Below are positions 28,016 to 36,651 of a DNA stretch of 64,000 bases, in pieces. The position numbers and the translations under genes were made by a program. The stretch spans positions 1-64,000 of the IMG/VR virus record IMGVR_UViG_3300044617_002200. One strand, written 5' to 3'. The notes beneath the pieces are model-generated. The model did no database searches and was not told where the DNA came from. It worked only from the letters and a program-made list of their open reading frames with translations. Positions within the stretch are counted from its first letter, which is position 1, and each line of letters opens with the position of its first letter. The DNA is from a virus.

Positions 28016-28861
28016 TTATTTTCTAGGACTTCTCACAGAGGATAATTCAAAATCTACTAATGCAGCAAGACACTTTTTATTAATTTTAGAATTTTCAACT
28101 TCACTTAATTTCGAAACAGTAACGTTTTTAATAAAACTATAATCCTGAACAGAAACAAAAGATGCGTAATTTTTATAATTAAAATTAATACCACTTTTTA
28201 TATCACCATAAATATCAAAAGGCAATTCCTTGGAATCAAATATTGGTATGTTCTTCTTATTAGAATCATTAAGTAATGATAGCAAAGAATCTAAAGAAAA
28301 GCTATTAGAAGCAAGAATTATACATCTAACCATCGACTCTGTAGAATCTTGTCCTCCGAAAGAAAAAGGATAATTTTGTATATTTGTATTTTTAATGAAA
28401 ATACAAGGAAAAGGGCGATCTAAATAATTTAAAGACCCAGTAATTGCATTTATTTTTGGAGTTACAGAATAAGCGTTTTCAAAAATAAGTTTTTCTTCTT
28501 TTTCGTCTGTATAATATATATTATATTCTTTTAAAGCATAAGACGAAGTTATATTTTTCCCAATATTTTTAGAAACATAAATAGCTCGGCCTCTATTATA
28601 ATCAATTTTTAAGCCATTATTTTTTGGTTCGTATACGCCATTATTAAAAACCCCAGAAATAATATTCGCACCTGTTATACTAGTATCATAAACCCATTGG
28701 CGAAAAGGAGACCCATAAATAGAGCTTAATGCAAAATTTGGGTCAGCTGTTTCAAAAAGTTTACCACTATAGTTAGTATAAGCTTCTCCATGATATAAAA
28801 TTTCATGATCTAACCACAAATAGAAACTAGACATTAAATTATTTAAATAAGAATTTTTCAT
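28016..28861 (-). CDS. Probable tail terminator/neck protein
   Basis: FPCIFI...PFSFGG motif; directly upstream of the tube gene. Confidence 0.55.
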   Translation of the reverse strand: MKNSYLNNLMSSFYLWLDHEILYHGEAYTNYSGKLFETADPNFALSSIYGSPFRQWVYDTSITGANIISGVFNNGVYEPKNNGLKIDYNRGRAIYVSKNIGKNITSSYALKEYNIYYTDEKEEKLIFENAYSVTPKINAITGSLNYLDRPFPCIFIKNTNIQNYPFSFGGQDSTESMVRCIILASNSFSLDSLLSLLNDSNKKNIPIFDSKELPFDIYGDIKSGINFNYKNYASFVSVQDYSFIKNVTVSKLSEVENSKINKKCLAALVDFELSSVRSPRK

Positions 28862-29436
28862 TTAATTTTTAAGTTATTTATATTTTTTATGAAATCATCA
28901 TATAACGCAGTAAAATAAGGGACTGATTTAAAAACAGCATTTCTAAAATCCGTCGCCTGTATACCGGTACCAGTACGAGAAGATTTGAACTTTCCATATA
29001 AATAAGCGCTCAAACCAGATATATATTTCTCTATATCGAACAACCAACTTCTACCATTCTCCCATGGCATTTTAGTAACTTTTTTAATTTCCGAAATAGA
29101 AGGTATAAGTATCTTAAATTTATAAGAATCTTGTTTTCTTATAACACTTCCAATTTTTATATTTTTCAATAAACTTTTAACGCCTAATGTTGGATTGTTA
29201 TCAGTAAACCCAATAAAAGAAAATAAATTTCCGTATCCACCTAAAGTAGAAGATATATTTTTGGCTAGCGGACCGCCTTCAATTTCTTTAGTTACAGGAT
29301 GGTTGTTAAATTTTTTTATAAATATATTTTTTTCTTTTATAACTTCTTGTTCTACTATATTAGTAATTAATTTTTGAACATTTTTGTTAGCAAAAATTTC
29401 TTTGTTAAGTTGTTTTCTGTTTATTCTTGCCGCCAT
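28858..29436 (-). CDS. Neck/tail completion protein
   Basis: Basic protein; synteny within the neck module. Confidence 0.45.
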   Translation of the reverse strand: MAARINRKQLNKEIFANKNVQKLITNIVEQEVIKEKNIFIKKFNNHPVTKEIEGGPLAKNISSTLGGYGNLFSFIGFTDNNPTLGVKSLLKNIKIGSVIRKQDSYKFKILIPSISEIKKVTKMPWENGRSWLFDIEKYISGLSAYLYGKFKSSRTGTGIQATDFRNAVFKSVPYFTALYDDFIKNINNLKIK

Positions 29437-29438
29437 AT

Positions 29439-29870
29439 TTATTCACTTTCTTTAAAGTAAATTATATAAAAATATATATCAAATAACCCAATTGGACGAC
29501 TAGTACCTACTTGCTGAACTACACGCCCATCTATTTCTATTCGCTCAGCGTCTGAAATAAAATCTAGCATTTCTTTTTTTACCTTTACTCTGCAAAAGTT
29601 ACCTCGAATTTCTTCTTTTATTTCGGGTATCCCACCTAATTCGGAAGCGTCGCCCCATTTTATTCTACAATCAAAAATTCCAGACACGGGCTGATAACTT
29701 ACAGAAACAGAGTCTTGTTCATTATACAAAAAATTATAAGATATATCACTTGAGATAATAGTTCTCTCTGGTGTTTTCCAAACAATTACGGGTCTTGCAA
29801 AAGTATCATGGATATCATTCATCAATGATGCATATACTAATTTAGAATTTTCATCAACTAAAGAAGGCAT
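29439..29870 (-). CDS. Head closure (stopper)-like protein
   Basis: 143-aa beta-rich protein following the adaptor. Confidence 0.5.
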   Translation of the reverse strand: MPSLVDENSKLVYASLMNDIHDTFARPVIVWKTPERTIISSDISYNFLYNEQDSVSVSYQPVSGIFDCRIKWGDASELGGIPEIKEEIRGNFCRVKVKKEMLDFISDAERIEIDGRVVQQVGTSRPIGLFDIYFYIIYFKESE

Positions 29871-29871
29871 A

Positions 29872-30789
29872 TCAAGTTATATTTCTAGGTTTTTCATTAC
29901 TATAATAGTAATTAACTCCAATAAAATCATCTCCAGATATTTGTTCCGCTGAGGATGTTTTCTTCAGATACATTTTAATTAAAAATTGCAACTCTTCATA
30001 ACTATCTTTATAAAGCGCTCTTAGATTTTTTGAAATTTCATTTTTATTAATTCTAGTTATAGAAGAATCCCCATCTTTTATAGATACCCAATCGCCCACC
30101 ATGCTAACCGATTTTGCTATGTCAAAAGATTGTTTCTTATAAAAATTACATTCAAACAGTTTTTTATAAATAGCCATTTGATCATTATTAAGCTCTGGTT
30201 CTAAATAATAATAAACAGGTATCTCGACTGTTGATCCATCTTCTGATATTTTTTCAGAACCGGAAGCGACTATTGGATAAAGACCTATCGAAGGAGGAAC
30301 CGTATTAAGCCACCAATTCCCAGTTATCTCAGTCACATCAAAAGCATCTGATTCTATAAGACCCCAAACTATAAAATCTACGCCAGGAACTCCTATTGAA
30401 TCATCTTGAGAAACCCAGCCAGTAAAATTTGCTTTACCATAAACTGAATAATCTTGATTAACTACATACTTAATAACGTTTGAAACAATACTAGGGTCTG
30501 GATTTGTATAAATATAAACTGGACGATTATTTAAAAACGATGTTTGCGTATAAATTAAAGGCGAAGACGCGGGAAAGGTTTCTTCTATATATTTCGGAAA
30601 TAAGCGCGGGCCAGGAGGAGTAGAACATCTTTGTATATCGGTACCTATTAAATTATTTAAATTACCTATATTAGAATCGTCTAAAAACCAGCTAGAGACT
30701 CTCGAAATAGGATACTCAGTTGGATTATTTAAATCCAAATAAACGCCTGAAACAAAATTATAAAAAGAATCTATAGCTGAATTATTCAC
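29872..30789 (-). CDS. Head-tail adaptor-like protein with inserted domain
   Basis: Helical N- and C-terminal parts with SIKDGDSSITR hairpin; aromatic/Pro-rich central insert. Confidence 0.55.
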   Translation of the reverse strand: MNNSAIDSFYNFVSGVYLDLNNPTEYPISRVSSWFLDDSNIGNLNNLIGTDIQRCSTPPGPRLFPKYIEETFPASSPLIYTQTSFLNNRPVYIYTNPDPSIVSNVIKYVVNQDYSVYGKANFTGWVSQDDSIGVPGVDFIVWGLIESDAFDVTEITGNWWLNTVPPSIGLYPIVASGSEKISEDGSTVEIPVYYYLEPELNNDQMAIYKKLFECNFYKKQSFDIAKSVSMVGDWVSIKDGDSSITRINKNEISKNLRALYKDSYEELQFLIKMYLKKTSSAEQISGDDFIGVNYYYSNEKPRNIT

Positions 30790-30798
30790 ATAAGAAAT

Positions 30799-30804
30799 TT
30801 ACAC
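30799..30804 (-). promoter_or_regulatory. GTGTAA putative late promoter
   Basis: 9 nt upstream of GTG 30789. Confidence 0.6.
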
Positions 30805-30810
30805 AAAAAA

Positions 30811-31167
30811 TCAGGCCCCTTCTCTTAATATCTTGCGCGCTTTAGCTGGCAAATCATCCAGGTTTGTTTTTGCAACAGCTTGGACGCAAGAATTAGTTTT
30901 TGATTGCCATTTAATAAATTCAGCAACTAATCTATCGGTAAGAACTTTTCTATCTTGCGTTGGAACAAGGCCAATTTTATAAGCATGAGCTTGTAAATCA
31001 GTCATATTCATTTCTGATAAAAATTTAGAATATTCTTCTGTATTAGTTGTCTTATAAAGACATAAACTTTCTCCGAGTATCTCATCTAAGGAAGAAAAAG
31101 ACTTTGGATTTAAAGTTTCATCTTTACCGTGAATTTCCATATTTTTTTTTGTTTTTTTTGATTTCAT
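30811..31167 (-). CDS. Hypothetical protein downstream of major capsid
   Basis: 118-aa ORF with upstream sigma70-like promoter. Confidence 0.75.
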   Translation of the reverse strand: MKSKKTKKNMEIHGKDETLNPKSFSSLDEILGESLCLYKTTNTEEYSKFLSEMNMTDLQAHAYKIGLVPTQDRKVLTDRLVAEFIKWQSKTNSCVQAVAKTNLDDLPAKARKILREGA

Positions 31168-31186
31168 AAAAATAGACCTCTATTCT

Positions 31187-31215
31187 ATTCTAGATATAAA
31201 GGCTTGTTTTTTCAA
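31187..31215 (-). promoter_or_regulatory. sigma70-like promoter TTGAAA-17-TAGAAT
   Basis: -35 at 31210-31215, -10 at 31187-31192; overlaps the capsid terminator. Confidence 0.5.
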
Positions 31216-31244
31216 AAAAAAGAGCCGCGTAAAGCGGCTCTTTT
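31214..31244 (-). terminator. Rho-independent terminator after major capsid gene
   Basis: AAAAGAGCCGC-GTAAA-GCGGCTCTTTT with extended A-run. Confidence 0.9.
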
Positions 31245-31276
31245 AAAGAATTAATTTCTTTTATGTTAGGTTCAGC

Positions 31277-32377
31277 TTAAACAATAAGTCCAACTGCAGC
31301 CTTAGCATCAACAGCCACGCGGCCCTCTTCTACAAAGCTGTAGAATCCAACCTTTTGACTGCGAGCTAAAAATTGGTCGTCTGGTAAAACCTTTACCTGT
31401 CCACGAGTTTCGCTTTGAATAGCGACTGGTCGCAAGAAAGCGTTACGAGTGGAATCGACACCAATAATTAATTCACTAGCAGCACTATTAAAAGCACTTC
31501 CACCGAATTGAGTATTACCAGCTAAAGCTCCAAATAAATCATTATATTTGCGAGATCTACCTAACTCTAAGAGTTCGTGAATTTTAACACCAAATATTTC
31601 ATTTGTTCCGGCACTGCGGTAAATGTCTTCTCTAACATTATCTGGAAGAGCTACATTACCGGCACTGTTTCCAGCACCATTTCTGGTGTTCATTGGCTGA
31701 TAAGCAAAACCACGAATTTGCTCTTTGATTTCGGGACTAACATAAATATCTGTTAGACCACGGCTTTGATTTCCAACAGGAGTACCTCCAGTGTAAGCAG
31801 TGTTTAATCTACGAACTAAAGTCCATAGCTTATTCATATCATCGAGCTGGAATGTTCCTGGAGTACCAGCGCGGAAAACGTGCTTAGAATTATTAGTTTC
31901 GGCGTCAGCCAAAAGCTTTAAAATAACAGCCCAAGCATTTCTCTCTTGCTTAACTAAAAGTTCATTGGCCATTCTCTCTAAACCTGCAGCGACAACATCT
32001 AATCTTGCTCTACGAACATATCTTTTATCCATAGAAATAGCGCTATCAAGACGATAAGTATTTACTTTCATTTCTTGAAGCCCTTGGACAAAATTAGTTG
32101 GAAGACCACCACCAACAGTTTGGCTCCAAACGCTAATATGACCCTCATTTAAACCATAATAAAGGTCTAAAGGAATCGAGGGAGAGTCGTCCTCATCAAA
32201 TTCTACATCACGATAGAAAGCCGAGGCTGTAGATGATTGCAACAAAACTTGCTGAATGACATCTCCGATAAATGCAGCAAATGCTTCTTGAGCTTCAGCA
32301 GCGACAATTTTATTGTCCGATGCCAAGGCTTTAATTAGTTCTATTTGCTCTGGATTTTTTTCAAATTGAATTTTCAT
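31277..32377 (-). CDS. Major capsid protein (HK97-like fold expected)
   Basis: 366 aa; follows protease-scaffold and decoration genes; ARLDVVAAGLERMANELLVKQE spine-like helix; C-terminal GFYSFVEEGRVAVD; strong terminator. Confidence 0.85.
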   Translation of the reverse strand: MKIQFEKNPEQIELIKALASDNKIVAAEAQEAFAAFIGDVIQQVLLQSSTASAFYRDVEFDEDDSPSIPLDLYYGLNEGHISVWSQTVGGGLPTNFVQGLQEMKVNTYRLDSAISMDKRYVRRARLDVVAAGLERMANELLVKQERNAWAVILKLLADAETNNSKHVFRAGTPGTFQLDDMNKLWTLVRRLNTAYTGGTPVGNQSRGLTDIYVSPEIKEQIRGFAYQPMNTRNGAGNSAGNVALPDNVREDIYRSAGTNEIFGVKIHELLELGRSRKYNDLFGALAGNTQFGGSAFNSAASELIIGVDSTRNAFLRPVAIQSETRGQVKVLPDDQFLARSQKVGFYSFVEEGRVAVDAKAAVGLIV

Positions 32378-32411
32378 ATATTTTTTTCTTCTATTTTTTT
32401 TCTTCTATTTT

Positions 32412-32948
32412 TTAAAGTTCGATTTTTAAAAGTGCATATCCTTCTGCATCTTTAGGTCCTAAGAATTTGCCTACAGTCTTAGAAGAATAAGCAACAACTT
32501 TTAGATCGCCGTTACCAGCATCAGCAACAGCGGCTCCACTACCAAAACCGGGGTTACCTTGTGCTACATGAGCTAAAACGATACCCTTGGTTAATATTGG
32601 AGCAGCCTGTCCACTAACAATAACGTCCATCTCAGCTGCTTTGCGGGGGTTAAATAACAAAACTTCTCCGTTTTCATCAAACTTACGAACATCTTTTAAT
32701 AAAAGCCCAACAATATTGCCAGCAGTGGATCCAGAAGCGGCAGGCGCGACTGTCCAGGGAACATTAAATTGAGCGGAAAAAGTGTTATCATAAGCTGATA
32801 AATTATCAACAGATGTGTTTGCTTTTAAATCGATGCCATTACCAACAGCTGTTACAACTGCTCCTTTATTAACGGATTCTGCATTAACAGCAAAAAGGTT
32901 AATAACATCGTGTTCATCATAATCTCTAAATGGTTTTAAATTTGCCAT
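32412..32948 (-). CDS. Head decoration/cement protein
   Basis: Small Gly/Ala/Val-rich protein between scaffold and capsid genes. Confidence 0.6.
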   Translation of the reverse strand: MANLKPFRDYDEHDVINLFAVNAESVNKGAVVTAVGNGIDLKANTSVDNLSAYDNTFSAQFNVPWTVAPAASGSTAGNIVGLLLKDVRKFDENGEVLLFNPRKAAEMDVIVSGQAAPILTKGIVLAHVAQGNPGFGSGAAVADAGNGDLKVVAYSSKTVGKFLGPKDAEGYALLKIEL

Positions 32949-32965
32949 AATTTTTTTATCTTTCT

Positions 32966-34819
32966 TTATTTAATTTTTACGCTATTTTTATTAAAAGCTG
33001 CATTGATTTTTTCGACCAACGAGGCTTCTTGAGGAGAGGATGCGTTAGGAAGAACTTCTTCTTTCACCTCTGCACTCGAAATTATTTCTTCTACAGATTT
33101 ATTTTCACTAGCTTTAACTTCTTCTTTAACTTTTTCTTCGTTAACTTTTTTACTTTCCATTTTCTTGTTGGATTTCTTTTTCGCGGCAGCTAGTGTTGAA
33201 AATTTCTTATACCACTTTTCAAATTGCTCATCGTTCTCTATAGTATTTAAATCTTCTGCTACTATAGAGCGATCTTCTTCAGACAATTCGAATTCTTCAT
33301 CTATTAAAGACATTCTGTTTTGAAAGTTAACTTCAATCTCTTTTGCTCGCAAGTCTTCTTGAAGTTTTGAAAAATCATTTTTCACTTGTTCGCTTTCAGT
33401 TTTTATTTTGTCTATTTCTGCATTTAAGGAAGAAAGTTTTTCTTCAGCTAATTGCAAAGCATTTTCTTTTTCTTCAACTTTAGTTTTCCATTCAGAAGCC
33501 AGCTCGTTAATTTTATTAGAAATAAAATCTCTAACTTCGCTAGCAGCCAATTCTTTAATGGAAGACTCCGTTATATCTTCAATAGTTTTTACTTGCATAG
33601 TATTTTTTACATTTTTATTTTCTTCTTGGACACTTTTTTTATTAATTTTAATTTCAGAAGATTCGATTTCATTTTCATCTAAACTATCTTCCTCGCTTTC
33701 ATCCATATCATCTTGCTTTTCTAATTTAATATATTCTTCGGCTTTCTCTTTAGAGTCAAAGCATTTTTCCATTTCACCATCTTCAAAAACAGCGTATCCA
33801 TCACAACCTTCTACATCTTGTTTAATTTCATAATTAGAAGCTTTAGATTGCTGGTCTTTATTTTTTTGAATATTCCTATCAGAAACAATCACTCCGCTTA
33901 CTTCAGCTGCGGGGTTATTTGTAAACCCAATACCGAGAGGTAAAACATTTCCTGTTAAATTTAAAAGCAATAAATCTCCATCTTCCGCAAAACCATTACC
34001 GCCGAAAACTTTTAACTTGTCTTTCAAACTAACAATCTCTTTATCATTTTCTATGATAGTTGCTTCAGCTAGATTTTTATTACCTTTTGCTATATTAAAT
34101 TCATTAAATCCAAGTTCCCAACTCGCACTTATAGATAAATATTTAGAAGAAGACGGGTCATTACTATCAATTAATTCAGATGCAAACTCTGGATTAGCTA
34201 CTTTCCATATATATCCAGAAAGAACAACGTTAAATGGATCTTTCGTATTTTTAATATCTTCTAAAGATAATGGGCGACTACTACCAAATTCACTAAAACC
34301 ATAACCAGTACAAACGCCTACTATAACTCTACGATTATGCTCTATATTAAAAGGCTTGTTAACAAAATTTTCCACCATAGATAAAGCAACGTCTGTTCCT
34401 ATAATATGTCCGTTTTTGTTTCCACGGTTTACAACAAATGCATCGAATGCAACTGCCATCAAATCCTTGTTAACATCTAAGTTTATATTTTCTGGGATAT
34501 ATTGTTTTAATTGATCTATAGAAGCCATTGCTAAATATTTATCTTCTTCTAGAGATATCATTGCTTGTACCAATATTCCGTCAAATTTAATTGAATATTT
34601 AAAATCCTCAAATGCTCTCATTTTACAATTTACACTTCCATCTGATAAAAATGCAATATTTTTCAATTTATTATTAATTTTAATTCTATTATCTTTTAGA
34701 TGATTTAACTCAAAGGCACAAACAGAAATAGGTCTCGAAAAAGAATATAAAACATCGGATAGATCAAACCCACTTTTAGGATCAATAATTTCTGTTATTG
34801 TTTCGTCATAAAAAGGCAT
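32966..34819 (-). CDS. Prohead protease-scaffold fusion
   Basis: NKNG...KPFNIEH (His)...SASWE (Ser) protease motifs followed by an acidic coiled coil. Confidence 0.8.
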   Translation of the reverse strand: MPFYDETITEIIDPKSGFDLSDVLYSFSRPISVCAFELNHLKDNRIKINNKLKNIAFLSDGSVNCKMRAFEDFKYSIKFDGILVQAMISLEEDKYLAMASIDQLKQYIPENINLDVNKDLMAVAFDAFVVNRGNKNGHIIGTDVALSMVENFVNKPFNIEHNRRVIVGVCTGYGFSEFGSSRPLSLEDIKNTKDPFNVVLSGYIWKVANPEFASELIDSNDPSSSKYLSISASWELGFNEFNIAKGNKNLAEATIIENDKEIVSLKDKLKVFGGNGFAEDGDLLLLNLTGNVLPLGIGFTNNPAAEVSGVIVSDRNIQKNKDQQSKASNYEIKQDVEGCDGYAVFEDGEMEKCFDSKEKAEEYIKLEKQDDMDESEEDSLDENEIESSEIKINKKSVQEENKNVKNTMQVKTIEDITESSIKELAASEVRDFISNKINELASEWKTKVEEKENALQLAEEKLSSLNAEIDKIKTESEQVKNDFSKLQEDLRAKEIEVNFQNRMSLIDEEFELSEEDRSIVAEDLNTIENDEQFEKWYKKFSTLAAAKKKSNKKMESKKVNEEKVKEEVKASENKSVEEIISSAEVKEEVLPNASSPQEASLVEKINAAFNKNSVKIK

Positions 34820-34845
34820 AAATAATATTAATTATATATAAAATT

Positions 34846-34851
34846 ATACAC
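34846..34851 (-). promoter_or_regulatory. GTGTAT variant late promoter
   Basis: 26 nt upstream of ATG 34819. Confidence 0.55.
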
Positions 34852-34869
34852 TTATTAAATTTTAATATA

Positions 34870-35343
34870 CTATAAAAGTGCTGCTTGAAAATGCATCCAA
34901 TCATAATTTCTAGCTCTACCCAAGCTAACCCAGTTTTCTGATTCTACTATTTTCCAGAAATCTCTATACTCTGCTTTAGCAAAACTTGCTTGTTTATTGG
35001 TCATTTTCAAAGTATTTCTATCTGGATCTAAATCCACTGCAGCGCCCCAAGAATGAATAGACCAACTAGACCCACCCCTCATTTTTCTAACATTTAAACA
35101 CCCGCCAAAAACATCAAGTCTTAGTCGTTGTATTTCTTTCAAACCATATGTTTTGAGTGTTTTTTCAAAAATTGTATGTAAAGATTCCGAAACTTTTTTA
35201 TTACAAGTTAATCTTTTTATCACAGTGTTAGTATCCCATGCAAGCTTTAAAGAATACGGTAAATCTAATCTAGATTGGTTTTCGCCAACTGGACCATAAT
35301 AATCTAGCATAGATTGTAAATTTTGTTTAGGCCAATTATTCAT
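34870..35343 (-). CDS. Endolysin, peptidase M15 family (L-Ala-D-Glu peptidase-like)
   Basis: R...SIHSWGAAVD...DWMHFQ zinc motif; likely start MNNWPKQ at 35343 overlapping the holin stop. Confidence 0.85.
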   Translation of the reverse strand: MNNWPKQNLQSMLDYYGPVGENQSRLDLPYSLKLAWDTNTVIKRLTCNKKVSESLHTIFEKTLKTYGLKEIQRLRLDVFGGCLNVRKMRGGSSWSIHSWGAAVDLDPDRNTLKMTNKQASFAKAEYRDFWKIVESENWVSLGRARNYDWMHFQAALL

Positions 35344-35809
35344 TATCTTTTTGTATCCACTCCAAAGGGGCATAAGAAGGATCATTCTTAAATTTTTCAG
35401 CGTAATTTATTATAACGTTCTCATTTATTTCTTCACTTGTATATTTATGATCGCCTTCTAAATTTACACTGCTATTAGATTGCATTTTATAATCTAAAAC
35501 CGTTTGAACACCTAAATAGCTAGCAATTATTACGGCTAATATTTTTATAGTTTCTGTAAATATAGAAACAAAAGGCAATGTCAAATTAGGGAAACTAGCA
35601 GTTAAAAACAAAACGACAATACTAGCTAAATAAAAAATTGCCAATATCACAACAGAGCAAAAAACAACATAAAACTTTTTTGAAGTAAAAAAATTAATTT
35701 TACTAAAATCTTCCTTATATTTTATGGGAGTATTTATTGGCGATTTATTAAACTGCAACATAGAAACGAGGGAAGATGCTATATTAGCTATGGAGCGTTG
35801 TAAGTACAT
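35336..35809 (-). CDS. Putative holin (two transmembrane segments)
   Basis: SKKFYVVFCSVVILAIF... and ILAVIIASYLGVQ; directly upstream of the endolysin; start taken at ATG 35809. Confidence 0.65.
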   Translation of the reverse strand: MYLQRSIANIASSLVSMLQFNKSPINTPIKYKEDFSKINFFTSKKFYVVFCSVVILAIFYLASIVVLFLTASFPNLTLPFVSIFTETIKILAVIIASYLGVQTVLDYKMQSNSSVNLEGDHKYTSEEINENVIINYAEKFKNDPSYAPLEWIQKDNE

Positions 35810-35919
35810 GACTTTATTAATAATATTACACAACCTAATAATAATCCTGACATAAATAATAAAACATCAAGGTTTCTTTTTAAGAATTGTAAAATTACTT
35901 TTTTAAATAAAGTTTTCAT
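35788..35919 (-). CDS. Small single-pass membrane protein in lysis cassette
   Basis: MKTLFKK...LDVLLFMSGLLLGCVILLIK; ATG 35919 lies just after the spanin stop. Confidence 0.5.
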   Translation of the reverse strand: MKTLFKKVILQFLKRNLDVLLFMSGLLLGCVILLIKSCTYNAP

Positions 35920-35924
35920 ATATT

Positions 35925-36611
35925 TTATAATACGCCCTTCATTCTTAAGTAAACTCCGCCTCCGATCATAAGACAAAGAAAAGCTATAACAATATATAAT
36001 TTCAAAATATGAAGATCTTTTTTAATTGTTTCTTTTTGTAATTTATTTAAATCTTCAATCATTTTTGTATTGTATTTTTGTTGCTTTAATAACTCGTCGT
36101 CAATATCTTGAGCTAATTGCTTAAGCCTGAGGTTGTCTTTTTCTAACTGCTCTTTAAATTCTTTGGTTTGTAAAAGTTCCTTCCATTCTTCCGAATTTTC
36201 AACCAGAAGTTTTGCGTGTTTAAGATTTTCTGGAATAACAAGTCTTAAAATAGTTTCTTCTTCGTCTTTATAAGAAGTAGAAGTAATAATGTTACTAACT
36301 AGCTTATCGGTACGGCTCGAATTACCAGGCGAAGTTTTAATGTCGTTATTAGTATTTACAGAGCTAATAGATTTTATTTTTTTAGTTAAAATAGGAGGTA
36401 TTTTTATAGGATTTTTAGGAGGATAAGCTAATTTCTTAGCTTGTTCAGCGTATTCAAAAGCTTTTTCAAATCTAGCATTTTTAATTCCTTCGGAAGTAGC
36501 AAAAACAGCTTGAGACAAAGCCTCGCTTCTTTTTTCTGTATAAATAGTACAAGAGCTACCAATAAAACAAAACAAAAATATAAGAATAAAAGTAAAATAT
36601 TTCTTTTTCAT
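35925..36611 (-). CDS. Putative unimolecular spanin (lipoprotein with C-terminal TM)
   Basis: MKKK + hydrophobic stretch + GSSC lipobox-like; coiled coil; C-terminal LYIVIAFLCLMIGGGVYL. Confidence 0.65.
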   Translation of the reverse strand: MKKKYFTFILIFLFCFIGSSCTIYTEKRSEALSQAVFATSEGIKNARFEKAFEYAEQAKKLAYPPKNPIKIPPILTKKIKSISSVNTNNDIKTSPGNSSRTDKLVSNIITSTSYKDEEETILRLVIPENLKHAKLLVENSEEWKELLQTKEFKEQLEKDNLRLKQLAQDIDDELLKQQKYNTKMIEDLNKLQKETIKKDLHILKLYIVIAFLCLMIGGGVYLRMKGVL

Positions 36612-36625
36612 AAAGATAATGTATA

Positions 36626-36631
36626 TTACAC
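36626..36631 (-). promoter_or_regulatory. GTGTAA putative late promoter (lysis cassette)
   Basis: 14 nt upstream of ATG 36611. Confidence 0.65.
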
Positions 36632-36651
36632 TTTATTCTTTTTAAGATATA

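Noticed and set aside
32378-32411. Short direct repeat (AAATAGAAGAAAAAAA x2 on the minus strand) before the capsid gene
   Set aside because: Low complexity; plausibly just an A-rich translation enhancer, with no further support.
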